In this document: in pieces, positions 1 through 9,742 of the stretch
Layout of the letters: each line of letters opens with the position of its first letter
Numbering within the stretch: the stretch's first letter is position 1
DNA from: Candidatus Rokubacteria bacterium 13_2_20CM_69_15_1
GTDB lineage: Bacteria; Methylomirabilota; Methylomirabilia; Rokubacteriales; CSP1-6
Assembly: GCA_001914535.1 (NCBI GenBank)
Contig: MNCR01000141.1
Span: 10,262 to 74,261 of the forward strand
Reading direction: 5' to 3'
DNA: 64,000 nt
Translations under genes and position numbers: made by a program
Notes under the pieces: model-generated
Seen by the model: only the letters and a program-made list of their open reading frames with translations
Told to the model about the DNA's origin: nothing
The model's database searches: none

Positions 1-168
1 GTGCTGGTGATGCTCGCCCGCGCGGCGACTCTGTCCACGGCGTAGGTCAGCGCGGTGCCGGCAGGACTCGCCGGACGGCGGCTCGGGGGTCCCTTCCCGA
101 GGAGATCCGAAGGGAGAGCGCGCCAGGATTTCCAGAAAAGGGCGATTTGACGATGTCAGGCCGTGATG

Positions 169-182
169 CTAGACGTCTAGAC
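169..182. promoter_or_regulatory. Palindromic operator candidate (CTAGACGTCTAGAC, contains GTCTAGAC) for the adjacent GntR/HutC regulator
   Basis: A perfect 12-nt palindrome CTAGACGTCTAG lies inside the larger imperfect palindrome GATGCTAGACGTCTAGACATC. It sits 27 nt upstream of the GTG start and downstream of a TTGACG -35-like hexamer at 147-152. HutC-type operators have a GT-n-TA-n-AC core. Confidence 0.45.
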
Positions 183-208
183 ATCCTGACAGCGGGAGGC
201 TCCGTCGG

Positions 209-934
209 GTGAACTACCGTCCTGGGATTCCTCGGTATCTCCAGATCGTCGACGCGATCCGCCAGGATCTGCGCGGCGATGGTGAGCGGATCGCCTCCGA
301 GCACGCGCTCTGCGAGCGCTTCAAGGTGAGCCGCCCGACCATCCGGCAGGCGCTCGACGTCCTCGTGGAGGAGGGGCTCCTCTACCGCCATGCGGGGCGC
401 GGCACCTTCTCGACGCCGTCGGCCGGGGCCGACCCGAAGCTCCGCGTGATCGGCTCCGTCGGCGACATGATGGCGCTCGGCGACGAGTCGTGGTTCAAGC
501 TGGTCACGCGCGAGATCGTCCCGGTCCCGGCTAATATCGCGCAGGCCCTCCGTCTCCCGCCGCGCTCCTCGGTCTACCGGATCAGCGGCGTCCGCCACGC
601 GGACAACGGACCCTTCCAGCACGTGACCGCGTACATGCCGCTCACGATCGGAACGGCCCTCTCCGACGAGGACCTCTCCAAGACCTCACTGATCGGCGCG
701 ATCGAGCGTGTGGTCGGCGTGCCGATCAAGCTCATGGAGCAGGTCGTCGACGCGGCGCTGGCGCCGCGGCAGATCGCCGAACTGCTCCAGGTGCGTCCGC
801 GCTCGCCGCTGCTCCTCTTCGAGCGTACGTACTTCGCCGTGAGCGGCGAGCCCGTCGAGTACGCGATCACCTATCAGACGCCCCGGCGCTACCCGTATCG
901 CCTCGTGCTCTCCAGGGCCGAACGCCGGAGCTGA
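209..934 (+). CDS. GntR/HutC-family transcriptional regulator (wHTH + UTRA-like domain)
   Basis: N-terminal segment SEHALCERFKVSRPTIRQALDVLVEEGLLYRHAGRGTFS is a typical GntR wHTH. The 241-aa length fits the HutC subfamily. GTG start preceded by GGGAGG. Confidence 0.9.
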   Translation: MNYRPGIPRYLQIVDAIRQDLRGDGERIASEHALCERFKVSRPTIRQALDVLVEEGLLYRHAGRGTFSTPSAGADPKLRVIGSVGDMMALGDESWFKLVTREIVPVPANIAQALRLPPRSSVYRISGVRHADNGPFQHVTAYMPLTIGTALSDEDLSKTSLIGAIERVVGVPIKLMEQVVDAALAPRQIAELLQVRPRSPLLLFERTYFAVSGEPVEYAITYQTPRRYPYRLVLSRAERRS

Positions 935-1091
935 GGGGAACGATGCCGGCACGCGCCTGTCTCAGGCCACCCTCGGTGGTCCCGGGCTGGTGGACGCCTC
1001 GTGGAACGAGACGCGACGGGCCGCCCGGAGCCGGGACGCGCCTCGTCGCGGGCCATCCACTGATCGCACCGGGCGCGCGGCCCCAAGAGTA

Positions 1092-3155
1092 ATGGCGTAC
1101 CGCATCGGCTTCGACGTGGGGGGGACATTCACCGATTTCGTGCTCCAGTCGCCATCGGGGGAGCTCAGCACCGCGAAGCGCCTGACGACCTACCCCGACC
1201 CGTCCGAGGCGTGCCGCGCGGGGCTCGACGAGCTGATCGCGCGGAGCGGCGTCACGTGGAGCGACGTGGCCCACACGGTCCACGGAACGACGCTCGGCTC
1301 CAACATCGTCATCGAGCGCAAGGCACGCGGGGTCGGGCTTCTCGCCACGCGCGGCTTCCGCGACGTGCTGATCATCGGGCGCGAGAAGCGGTATCAGGTC
1401 TACGACCTCCAGATCGAGAAACCCGCGCCGCTGATCCCGCGCCGGTGCATCGGCGAGGTGAGCGAGCGCATCCTCGCCGACGGCTCCGTCGAGAGCCCGC
1501 TCGACGAGGCGGACGCCCGCCGGGCCGTCCGCGAGCTCGTCGCGCGTGGCGTGACGACGCTCGCGATCTGCCTCCTGCACGCCTACGCGAACCCGGCCCA
1601 CGAGAGGCGTCTGGCGGAGATCGTCGGGCAGGAGGCACCCCAGGTGACCGTGACGATGTCGCACGAGGTCTCGCCGACCTTCCGCGAGTACGAGCGGACC
1701 TCGACGACCGTGGTGAACGCCTACGTGATGACGGCCCTGCGCGAGTACTTGCGCGGGCTCGCCGCCGCCATGGCGGAGCGCGGCTACCGTGGCCGCCTCT
1801 TCGTCATGCAGTCCTCGGGCGGCATTGCGACGGCGGAGGCGATGCAGCGCTACCCGGTGCGGATGATCGAGTCGGGGCCCGCCGCCGGCGCCCTGATGGC
1901 GGCCGTGTACGGCGAGCTCACGGGCTACCGTGATCTCATCGCGTTCGACATGGGCGGCACGACCGCCAAGCTCGCGCTGATCGAGCGCGGGCGGCCCGAC
2001 ACGACCCCAGCGTTCGAGCTCCACCGCGTCAACAACGCCCCGGGCAGCGGGTTGCCCGTGAACATCCAGGCGATCGACCTCGTCGAGATCGGCGCGGGAG
2101 GCGGCTCGATCGCCCGCGCGCGGCTTGGCGTGATCGCCGTGGGCCCGGAGAGCGCCGCGTCGACGCCGGGGCCCGTCTGCTACGGGCGCGGCGGTGCCGA
2201 GCCCACCGTCACCGACGCGAACGTGGTGCTCGGCTACATCAATCCCGACTACTTCGCGGGCGGCTCGATCAGGCTCCAGCCGGCGGCGGCGGCGCGCGCG
2301 GTCGAAACGAAAGTCGCGCGGCCGCTCGGCCTGGCGCTCGAGGACGCGGCGTGGGGGATCCACGCGATCGTCAACACCAACATGGAGCTGGCGACGCGCG
2401 TGGTCTCGATCGAGCGCGGCCGCGACCCGCGCGATCTCACGCTGGTCGCCTTCGGCGGGTCGGGCCCTGTGCACGGCTGCCGCCTCGCCCAGGCGCTCGG
2501 TATCCCGCGCGTGATTCTCCCCGCGGCCGCGGGGGTCACGGCCGCGATCGGCCTGCTGGCCGCGGAGGTCCGGTTCGACGTGGCGCGCACCTACGTCCGC
2601 CGGCTCGACGCCGTGGAGCCCGCACGGCTCCGCCGGATGTACGCGGAGATGACGCGGCAGGCGACGGAGGTCGTCCGCGAGTCCGCCGTCGTGGGTGAGA
2701 TCGCCGTGGCGCGTTCGGCCGACGCGCGCTACGTGGGCCAGGGGTACGAGCTGACCGTTCCCGTGCCGTCGGGCGAGCTCGACGCCGCGGCGCTCGGACG
2801 GGTGCGCGCGGCGTTCGACGAGATCTACGCCGCCCGCTACGGCTACGCGAACCCGGGCGAGCCCGTCGAGGTTGTCACCTGGAAGCTCTCGGCCGTCGGC
2901 GGCTCGCCCCGCATCGCGCTCGCGAAGGTCGAGACGCAAGACGGCGCGCGCGCGGTCAAGGGGAGTCGCCGCGCCTACTTCCCCGAGGCGCGCGGCTACG
3001 TGGACGCGCCGGTCTACGACCGCTACGCGCTCGCGGCGGGGGCGCGCCTCGCGGGGCCGGCGATCGTGGAGGAGCGCGAGTCCACGACGGTCCTGCCGCC
3101 GGGCGCCACGGCCTCCGTGGACGAGTACGCGAATCTCCTGGTGGACCTGGGATGA
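1092..3155 (+). CDS. Hydantoinase/oxoprolinase family, A (ATP-hydrolysing) subunit
   Basis: MAYRIGFDVGGTFTDF N-terminus and later DMGGTTAKLA motifs are typical of HyuA/OplA-type enzymes. I chose ATG at 1092 rather than the upstream ORF start at 990. Confidence 0.9.
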   Translation: MAYRIGFDVGGTFTDFVLQSPSGELSTAKRLTTYPDPSEACRAGLDELIARSGVTWSDVAHTVHGTTLGSNIVIERKARGVGLLATRGFRDVLIIGREKRYQVYDLQIEKPAPLIPRRCIGEVSERILADGSVESPLDEADARRAVRELVARGVTTLAICLLHAYANPAHERRLAEIVGQEAPQVTVTMSHEVSPTFREYERTSTTVVNAYVMTALREYLRGLAAAMAERGYRGRLFVMQSSGGIATAEAMQRYPVRMIESGPAAGALMAAVYGELTGYRDLIAFDMGGTTAKLALIERGRPDTTPAFELHRVNNAPGSGLPVNIQAIDLVEIGAGGGSIARARLGVIAVGPESAASTPGPVCYGRGGAEPTVTDANVVLGYINPDYFAGGSIRLQPAAAARAVETKVARPLGLALEDAAWGIHAIVNTNMELATRVVSIERGRDPRDLTLVAFGGSGPVHGCRLAQALGIPRVILPAAAGVTAAIGLLAAEVRFDVARTYVRRLDAVEPARLRRMYAEMTRQATEVVRESAVVGEIAVARSADARYVGQGYELTVPVPSGELDAAALGRVRAAFDEIYAARYGYANPGEPVEVVTWKLSAVGGSPRIALAKVETQDGARAVKGSRRAYFPEARGYVDAPVYDRYALAAGARLAGPAIVEERESTTVLPPGATASVDEYANLLVDLG

Positions 3156-4948
3156 CGGAGCCACACCGCGCCTGCGGCAGGCCACCTACGGTCGAAGGCG
3201 GCCGCGCGGACCCCGCGACAATCGACCCGATCACCCTCGGCGTCATCTGGGGCGCGCTCCAGTCGATCGCCGTCGAGATCGGCACCACGGTCCACAAGAC
3301 CGCCTATTCCGAGCAGGCGCGCGAGGGCCAGGACTTCTCCGTGGCGGTCTTCGACCCCCGGGGGCGGATGGTCGCTCAGGGGCCCTACTCGCCGGGCCAC
3401 ATGGGGGCGATGTCCTTTGCCGTGAAGAACGCCCTCGCGGCGCACCCCGTGGAGACGCTTCGGCCGGGCGACGCGATTCTCTTGAACGATCCGCTGCTCG
3501 GCTCGGGGCACCTGCCCGACTTTTTCGTCACCCAGCCGGCGTTCCACGCGGGCGACCTGGTCGGCTTCGCGGTGAACATCCTCCATCACACCGACGTCGG
3601 CGGCCAGCGGCCCGGCAGCCAGGGCGTCGAGGGCATCTTCGACTATTTCCAGGAGGGGCTGCGGATCCCGCCGACGAAGGTGTGGACGGAGTATCAGGAG
3701 GACGCGGGCATCGTCGGGATCATCGCGGCGAACACCCGCACGCCCGACAAGGTCCTCGGCGACCTGCGCGCCCAGCGGAGCGCGCTGCGGGTCGGCGAGC
3801 TCCGCCTTCGGGAGCTGGCGGCGCGCTACGGCCGGGACGTGCTGGCGCAGGCGATGGACGAGATCATCGCGCGCACGGAAGCGAGCATGCGCGCGGCGAT
3901 CGGCGAGTTCCCCGACGGCGTCTACGCGTTCGAGGATTTCATGGACGACTACGGGCCCGGGACCGAGCCGCTGCGGGTCGCGGTCACGGTCACCGTCGCG
4001 CGCGACTCGATGGTGATCGACTACGCGGGCTCGAGTCCGCAGACGCCGTCCGGCATGAACTCCTACATCAACTACACCCGCTCCTACTCCTACGCGGCCG
4101 TGAAGTGCCTCACCGATCCGTTCGGGCCGATGAACGAGGGCGCGCTCAGGCCGATCACGGTGACAGCGCCCGAGGGGTCGTTCCTCAACCCGCGGCCACC
4201 CGCGGGCGGCGGACCGCGCGCGATCATCTGCTACCGCACCTTCGAGTCGGTCGTCGGCGCGCTCGCCCGGGCGGTGCCCGACCGCGTGGCGGCGGCCGCC
4301 TCGCACATGGCGAACCCGACCTTCGGCGGCTGGGACCGCGCGGACGGGTGTGAGGCGATGTCGTGGGCGTTCAACGCCTCGAACATCCCCGTCGAGGCGC
4401 AGGAGGCCAACCAGCCCATCGTCGTCGAGCGGTTCGAGCTGATCCGCGACTCCGCGGGGGCGGGCAAGTTCCGCGGCGGCTGCGGGGTCCGTCGCGACCT
4501 GCGCTTCCTGGCCGACGAGGGCAAGCTCACGAATCTGTCCGACCGGCAGAAGGTCGCCCCGTACGGGTTATTCGGCGGCCGGCCGGGGACGCTCGGCCGG
4601 ACGGTGATCAACCCGGGACCGGGTGAACGGGTCGTGCATGGCAAGGCGTCGCGGGAGTTTGCCTACGGCGATGTCGTGTCGTTTCAGCAGCCCGGCGCGG
4701 GCGGGTACGGCGATCCGCTCGAGCGCGACCCTCGGCGGGTGCTCGAGGACGTCCTGGACGACTACGTGTCGGTCGAGGCGGCGCGCGTGGACTATGGGGT
4801 GGTGATCAAGGACGACGGGTTCGACCTCGAGGTGGACGAGCGCGCCACGACCAAGCTGCGCCGCGCAATGAGTGCGGAGCGGAGCCGCGCCGCTCCGCCA
4901 GCAGGCCACCCACCGAAGGTGCCGGCCCCGCGGCTCTCGATACCATGA
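3152..4948 (+). CDS. Hydantoinase B/oxoprolinase family subunit, with last ~27 codons derived from a repeat element
   Basis: DPITLGVIWGALQSIAVEIG and GGGYGDPLERDP motifs are HyuB-like. ATGA overlap with the upstream gene. The C-terminal tail AMSAERSRAAPPAGHPPKVPAPRLSIP is encoded by the repeat at 4867-4941. Confidence 0.9.
   Translation: MTEPHRACGRPPTVEGGRADPATIDPITLGVIWGALQSIAVEIGTTVHKTAYSEQAREGQDFSVAVFDPRGRMVAQGPYSPGHMGAMSFAVKNALAAHPVETLRPGDAILLNDPLLGSGHLPDFFVTQPAFHAGDLVGFAVNILHHTDVGGQRPGSQGVEGIFDYFQEGLRIPPTKVWTEYQEDAGIVGIIAANTRTPDKVLGDLRAQRSALRVGELRLRELAARYGRDVLAQAMDEIIARTEASMRAAIGEFPDGVYAFEDFMDDYGPGTEPLRVAVTVTVARDSMVIDYAGSSPQTPSGMNSYINYTRSYSYAAVKCLTDPFGPMNEGALRPITVTAPEGSFLNPRPPAGGGPRAIICYRTFESVVGALARAVPDRVAAAASHMANPTFGGWDRADGCEAMSWAFNASNIPVEAQEANQPIVVERFELIRDSAGAGKFRGGCGVRRDLRFLADEGKLTNLSDRQKVAPYGLFGGRPGTLGRTVINPGPGERVVHGKASREFAYGDVVSFQQPGAGGYGDPLERDPRRVLEDVLDDYVSVEAARVDYGVVIKDDGFDLEVDERATTKLRRAMSAERSRAAPPAGHPPKVPAPRLSIP
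4867..4941 (+). repeat. Single copy of repeat family A (homologous to the 86-bp tandem unit at 9729-10073)
   Basis: AATGAG..TGCGGA..GGCCACCCACCGAAGGTGCCGGCCCCGCGGCTCTCGATA aligns with the tandem units. An 8-nt segment (AAGTGACA) carrying the stop codon is absent, so the element is translated as the hyuB-like tail. Confidence 0.6.
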
Positions 4949-6105
4949 TCCAGTTCACCGCGGAGCAAGATGAATTCCGCCGCGCCGTCGCACGGTTCGT
5001 CGACGCCGAAGTGGCGCCCGTGGCGGAGGCGATCGACGAGCGCGCGGAGTTCCCGTGGAAGCTCTTCCGACGCATCGGCGAGCTCGGCTACCTCGGGCTC
5101 CGTTACCCGGAGGCCTACGGCGGCGCCGACGCCGACATGGTCACCTACTGCCTCTTCGCCGAGGAGCTCGCCCGCGGCTCGCTCTCGGTGGCCGCGGCGG
5201 TCGCGATGCAGTCGCTGATGGGCACCTATTTCATCTACAAGTACGGCACCGAACCACTTCGCCAGCGCTACCTCGTGCCGGCGCTCAAGGGCGACCTCGT
5301 CGCGACCTTCGCGCTCACCGAGCCCGGCGCCGGCTCCGACGTCGCCAGCATCACCACCCGGGCCGAGCGGCGCGGCGACCGTTGGGTGCTCCGCGGCGGG
5401 AAGACCTGGGTCACCAACGCGCCGGTGGCGGACGTGCTGACGGTCGCGGCGAAGACCTCGGCCGAGCGCGGCATGAAGAACATCGCGCTCTTCCTCCTGG
5501 ACCGCTCGACGATGCGCGGGGTCACCCTCGGGAAGTCGATCGACAAGATGGCGGTGCGCGCCTCCGTGACCGGGGAGATCCTGCTCGAAGACGTCGAAGT
5601 CCCGGCCGACCATCTTCTGGGTGGCGAGACGGGTGGCGTCGAGAAGATCGGATCCATCCTCTCCGAGATCCGGGTGATGACGGCGGCGATCTCGGTCGGC
5701 CTCGCGCGCGCCGCGTACGCGGCGGCGCTCGCCTACGCGCGGGAGCGCGTGGCGTTCGAGAAGCCGATCGTCGAGCACCAGGCGATCGGGTTCAAGCTCG
5801 CCGACATGCTCACCCAGCTCCACGCCGCGACGCTCATGACCTACCAGGCCGCGGCCCGGCTCGACGCCGGACACGCGGTCACCCGTGAGGCGGCGATGGC
5901 GAAGCTCTTCGCGTCGGAGATGGCGGTGCGCGTCACCGACGAGGCGGCGCGCATCTTCGCCTCGTACGGGCTCGCGATGGAGTATCCGGTCCAGCGCTAC
6001 TTCCGCGACGCTCGCTTCCTGCTGCCCGGCGGCGGGACCTCGGAGATCCTGCGCGTCGTGATCGGCCGCGACCTCGACTGGGACCGGAGTCAGGCCTTCG
6101 CATGA
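4945..6105 (+). CDS. Acyl-CoA dehydrogenase
   Basis: 386 aa. Shows LTEPGAGSD, the GGKTWVTNA-type motif and a C-terminal YEGTSEI-like segment (GGGTSEILR). Confidence 0.92.
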   Translation: MIQFTAEQDEFRRAVARFVDAEVAPVAEAIDERAEFPWKLFRRIGELGYLGLRYPEAYGGADADMVTYCLFAEELARGSLSVAAAVAMQSLMGTYFIYKYGTEPLRQRYLVPALKGDLVATFALTEPGAGSDVASITTRAERRGDRWVLRGGKTWVTNAPVADVLTVAAKTSAERGMKNIALFLLDRSTMRGVTLGKSIDKMAVRASVTGEILLEDVEVPADHLLGGETGGVEKIGSILSEIRVMTAAISVGLARAAYAAALAYARERVAFEKPIVEHQAIGFKLADMLTQLHAATLMTYQAAARLDAGHAVTREAAMAKLFASEMAVRVTDEAARIFASYGLAMEYPVQRYFRDARFLLPGGGTSEILRVVIGRDLDWDRSQAFA

Positions 6106-6133
6106 GGCACGGCGCGACCGGTGAGGCGGTGTA

Positions 6134-6592
6134 ATGGGCGGCACGCCCAAGGGACGCTACTGGGAGGAGTTCACGGTGGGCGAGGTGCTCGTGACCGGGC
6201 GGCGCACCGTGGACGGCGGTGACGTCTCGCGCTTCGCCGGGCTCACGGGCGACTTCAACCCGCTCCACACGGACGCGGAGTTTGCGAAGACGACACCCTT
6301 CGGCGCGCGCGTCGCCCACGGCATCCTCACGCTCGCCGTCTCCAACGGCTCGCAGAAGCTCGCGGGGTGGTTCGAGGGCACAACGCTCGCGCTCCTCGGA
6401 CTCGACCGCGTACGGTTCACGGCGCCGGTGAAGTTCGGCGACACCGTCCACACCGAGATGACCCTGAAGGAGCGCCGCGAGTCGTCCAAGCCCGGCCGCG
6501 GGGTCGTGATCTTCGAGGCGAGCGTGAAGAACCAGCGGGGCGAGACGGTCTGCAGCTACGAGGAGAGCGTCCTCGTGCGGAGGCGTCCGTGA
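6134..6592 (+). CDS. MaoC-like (R)-specific enoyl-CoA hydratase/dehydratase
   Basis: FAGLTGDFNPLHTDAEFAKTTPFGARVAHG is the hot-dog MaoC signature. Confidence 0.9.
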   Translation: MGGTPKGRYWEEFTVGEVLVTGRRTVDGGDVSRFAGLTGDFNPLHTDAEFAKTTPFGARVAHGILTLAVSNGSQKLAGWFEGTTLALLGLDRVRFTAPVKFGDTVHTEMTLKERRESSKPGRGVVIFEASVKNQRGETVCSYEESVLVRRRP

Positions 6593-6696
6593 GCCGGAAC
6601 CACGAGGGGCACACGCCGGCGGATGCGGCGCGGCGAGCCGGACACGCGGCGATCGTCGAGACGCTCGACGCCGGTGCGCACGGGCGGGCGACATGA
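6589..6696 (+). CDS. 35-codon micro-ORF encoding a single ankyrin-repeat-like unit
   Basis: Translation is VSRNHEGHTPADAARRAGHAAIVETLDAGAHGRAT. It matches the ANK consensus G-TPL--AA--GH---V--LL--GA. GTGA overlap with the maoC stop and ATGA overlap with the thiolase start. Confidence 0.3.
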   Translation: MSRNHEGHTPADAARRAGHAAIVETLDAGAHGRAT

Positions 6697-7862
6697 GACG
6701 GGCGGCGCTCGTCGGCGCGGGGGTCTCGAAGTTCGGCGTGCGCAAGGCGAGCTACCGCGACCTCATCTGGGAGGCGGGCAAGGCGTGCTTCGATTCGATG
6801 CCCGGGGTGAAGCCGAGAGACGTCGAGGGGCTCGTCGTCGGATCGGTGATGCCGGAACGCACGGCGTTCCAGTCCCACATCTCCTCGCTCGCCGCCGAGG
6901 CGCTCGGGATCAGGCCGAGCGCGCTCAGCGCACGGACCGAGCACATGTGCGCCTCGGGCACCGTCGGGATCCGCTACGCGTACGCCTTCATCGCCGCGGG
7001 GCTCGCCGACCTCGTCATGGTGCTCGGCGTCGAGAAGCTCACCGCGCCGACCGGCGAGGAGGCGATCCTCAACATGGGGACCGGCGTGGACCGCGAGTGG
7101 GAAGCGCCATTCGGCCTCACCGCCCCGCCCTGCTTCGCGCTCGCCGCCCAGCGCCACATGGCCGAGTACGGCACGACCGAGGAGCAGCTCGCCATGGTCG
7201 GCGTGAAGAACCACAATCACGCCGCGAAGAATCCGAACGCGCATTTCAACAAGGGGGCGACGCTCGACCAGGTGCTCTGCTCGCGGATGATCGCGACCCC
7301 ATTGCGCCTGTTCATGTGCTCGCCGATCACCGACGGCGCCGCGGCGGTGCTGATCGCGAGCGAGGAGCGGGCGCGGACGCTCACCGACAAGCCCGTCTGG
7401 ATCCGCGGGACCGGTCAGGCGCTCGACGGCTTCCAGCTCACCTCGCTCCACGCGGACTACGCGCGGTGGCCGGCGCTCGACCGCGCCGCGCGGGCGGCGT
7501 ACACGATGGCGGGCGTCGGGCCGCGCGAGGTGGACGTGGCCGAGGTCCACGATTGCTTCGCGATCGCCGAGCTGATCGCGTGCGAGGAGCTCGGCTTTTG
7601 CGGGAAGGGCGAGGCAGGCCCCTTCGTCGCCGCGGGCCGCAGCGACTACGGCGGCGAGGTCGTGGTGAATCCGCGGGGTGGGCTGATCGGCTGCGGCCAC
7701 CCGCTCGGCGCCACGGGCGTCGCCCAGGCGGCCGAGATCTTCGTCCAGCTCCGCGACGAGGCGGGCGCCCGGCAGGTGCCCGCCGCCGCGATCGGGCTGA
7801 CCCACAACAACAGCGGGATGGGAGAGCACGTCGTGATGATCTACGGGCGCGACCGGGCGTGA
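6693..7862 (+). CDS. Thiolase-like acetyl-CoA C-acyltransferase (SCP-x / DUF35-partnered type)
   Basis: 389 aa. Active-site-like CASGT, and NPRGGLIGCGHPLGATG near the C-terminus. Confidence 0.9.
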   Translation: MRRAALVGAGVSKFGVRKASYRDLIWEAGKACFDSMPGVKPRDVEGLVVGSVMPERTAFQSHISSLAAEALGIRPSALSARTEHMCASGTVGIRYAYAFIAAGLADLVMVLGVEKLTAPTGEEAILNMGTGVDREWEAPFGLTAPPCFALAAQRHMAEYGTTEEQLAMVGVKNHNHAAKNPNAHFNKGATLDQVLCSRMIATPLRLFMCSPITDGAAAVLIASEERARTLTDKPVWIRGTGQALDGFQLTSLHADYARWPALDRAARAAYTMAGVGPREVDVAEVHDCFAIAELIACEELGFCGKGEAGPFVAAGRSDYGGEVVVNPRGGLIGCGHPLGATGVAQAAEIFVQLRDEAGARQVPAAAIGLTHNNSGMGEHVVMIYGRDRA

Positions 7863-8836
7863 GCGCGACGGTCGCGGACACGGATCCCGCGGCGGTCGCG
7901 GTGGTGGGGCCCGGGCGGATCGGGCGCCAGATCGCGCTGGCCTTTGCCCTCGGCGGGCGGCGCGTCCTCCTCGTCGACGCCAAGACGCGCGCGCCCGAGG
8001 AGCACCGCGCCGTCTTCGCCGACGCGCGGCGCGAGATCGCGCGCGACCTCGCGCTCATGACCGAGGAGGGCGTGATCGAGGACGGCGACGCCGCGCCGGC
8101 GCTCGACCGGGTCGAGAGCCGCGTGGGCCTCGACGGCCTCGGCGCGTGCGGCTTCGTCCAGGAGGCGCTGCCGGAGCTGCTCGACCTCAAGCGCGACGTC
8201 CTCGGCCGGCTCTCGGCGCGTGTCGGCGCCGGGGCGATCATCGCCTCGACGAGCTCGACGATCTCGCCGAAGCACCTCGCCGACGCCGTGGAGGGTCCGG
8301 AGCGCTTCCTCGTGGCGCACTGGCTCAACCCGGCCCACATCATTCCGCTCGTCGAGGTCGTCCCCGGCCGGGCGACCAACAGTGCGATCGTCGCCCGCAC
8401 CGTCGAGCTCCTCGAGGGGCTGGGCAAGGTGGTGGTGCGCTGCGCCGACTCGCCCGGCTTCATCGGGCCGCGGATGCAGGCGCTCCTCATGAACGAGGCC
8501 GTGCGCCTCGTCGAGGAGGGCGTCGCGACGCCCGAGGACGTGGACCGCGCGTTCAAGGCGGGCATGGGCTTCCGATACGCCCAGGTCGGGATCTTCGAGT
8601 TCATCGACTGGGGCGGCGTGGACATCCTCCACCGTGCGAGTCGGTTCCTCGCCAAGGCCCTCGGTGACGACCGCTTCAGGCCGGCGCGCCTGGTCGAGGA
8701 GAAGGTCGCGCGGAACGAGCTGGGCCCCAAGACCGGGCGCGGGTTCTTCGATTACGCGGGGGACAAGCGCGACGCATTCGAGATCGCGAAGGTGCGCGCG
8801 CTGCTGCGGCAGCTCGGCAGACGGCTCGACGCATGA
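7859..8836 (+). CDS. 3-hydroxyacyl-CoA dehydrogenase (NAD-binding)
   Basis: VAVVGPGRIGRQIA Rossmann motif. HWLNPAHIIPLVEV and the C-terminal PGFIGPRM are typical of the HBD/FadB family. GTG start overlaps the thiolase stop (GTGA). Confidence 0.9.
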   Translation: MSATVADTDPAAVAVVGPGRIGRQIALAFALGGRRVLLVDAKTRAPEEHRAVFADARREIARDLALMTEEGVIEDGDAAPALDRVESRVGLDGLGACGFVQEALPELLDLKRDVLGRLSARVGAGAIIASTSSTISPKHLADAVEGPERFLVAHWLNPAHIIPLVEVVPGRATNSAIVARTVELLEGLGKVVVRCADSPGFIGPRMQALLMNEAVRLVEEGVATPEDVDRAFKAGMGFRYAQVGIFEFIDWGGVDILHRASRFLAKALGDDRFRPARLVEEKVARNELGPKTGRGFFDYAGDKRDAFEIAKVRALLRQLGRRLDA

Positions 8837-8861
8837 GCCGCGTCGCGCCCGCGACCGGGGT

Positions 8862-9290
8862 ATGACCTACTTGCGCGCGGTCGACCCGTTCCCGCTCGAG
8901 TCGGCGGATGACACGAAGCTCCACGAGTTCTACCGGTCCCTGGCGTCGGGACGGCTGGTCACCACCCGCTGCCTCCAGTGCCGGACCACCGCGTGGCCCC
9001 CACGCGGCTTCTGCGGCGAGTGCGCGTCCGATCGGTTCGAGTGGGTGGACCTGCCTGGCGAGGGGACGATCCACGCCTTCACCGTGCAGGAGGCGGGGCT
9101 CCCCGCGGGCTTCGACGGGCCGCGCGTCTTCGCGATCCTGAAGGTCGGAGGGCATCGAGTGTTTGCGGCTCTCGTCAACGCCGACATGGCGGCGCTCGGG
9201 ATCGGCCAGCGCGTCCGGTTGGCGCCGCTCCGCGTCGCCGACGACCCGAAGGGCAACGCGCGATGGCTCCCCGCGTTCACCACGGCATGA
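8862..9290 (+). CDS. DUF35 OB-fold/zinc-ribbon protein (thiolase partner)
   Basis: CLQCRTTAWPPRGFCGECAS zinc ribbon followed by an OB-fold segment. Such proteins usually sit next to SCP-x thiolases. Confidence 0.85.
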   Translation: MTYLRAVDPFPLESADDTKLHEFYRSLASGRLVTTRCLQCRTTAWPPRGFCGECASDRFEWVDLPGEGTIHAFTVQEAGLPAGFDGPRVFAILKVGGHRVFAALVNADMAALGIGQRVRLAPLRVADDPKGNARWLPAFTTA

Positions 9291-9742
9291 CGGGCTCCCG
9301 CGCGCGGGTGGTTGGCGTCATCGCCGACACGCACGGGCTCCTGAGACCGGAAGCCGTGGTGGCGCTCCGGGGCGTCGGGGCGATCGTCCACGCGGGAGAC
9401 ATCGGTACGTCGGACGTGCTGGACCGGCTCGGCGAGATCGCGCCGGTGACGGCCGTCCGCGGCAACAACGATCGCGGCGCGTGGGCGGAGAAGCTGCCGT
9501 CCACCGAGGTTCTCGAGATCGGGGGCGTGCTCCTGTACGTGCTGCACAACGTCAATGAGCTCGACCTCGACCCCCGCGCGGCGGGGTTCGGCGCGGTCAT
9601 CTCCGGTCACAGTCATCAGCCGCGGCAGGAGGAGCGCGACGGCGTGCTCTTTTTCAATCCGGGAAGCGCCGGTCCCCGCCGCTTCAAGCTCCCGGCGGCA
9701 GTCGGACGACTCCATGAGGCCTTTCGCTGGAATGAGAAGTGA
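9287..9742 (+). CDS. YfcE/MJ0936-type metallophosphoesterase
   Basis: Motifs VIADTHG, HAGDIG, VRGNND and SGHSH. ATGA overlap with the upstream gene. The stop codon lies inside the first tandem-repeat unit. Confidence 0.85.
   Translation: MTGSRARVVGVIADTHGLLRPEAVVALRGVGAIVHAGDIGTSDVLDRLGEIAPVTAVRGNNDRGAWAEKLPSTEVLEIGGVLLYVLHNVNELDLDPRAAGFGAVISGHSHQPRQEERDGVLFFNPGSAGPRRFKLPAAVGRLHEAFRWNEK

Noticed and set aside
867-3185. Very long ORFs antisense to, or out of frame with, recognised genes. Examples: 867-3185 (-), 12612-13814 (-), 21222-24092 (+), 32124-34463 (+), 53301-56099 (+) and 53977-56358 (-).
   Set aside because: Their translations are Arg/Ala/Gly/Pro-rich and low-complexity with no recognisable motifs, as expected for stop-poor alternative frames in ~70%-GC DNA. 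In each case another frame or strand encodes a clearly recognisable protein.
8634-9742. Long N-terminal extensions of the DUF35 (from 8634) and YfcE-like (from 8978) ORFs in the ORF track.
   Set aside because: The extensions are Arg/Ser/Gly-rich and overlap the preceding genes. Internal ATGs at 8862 and 9287 give typical family lengths and ATGA-type coupling.
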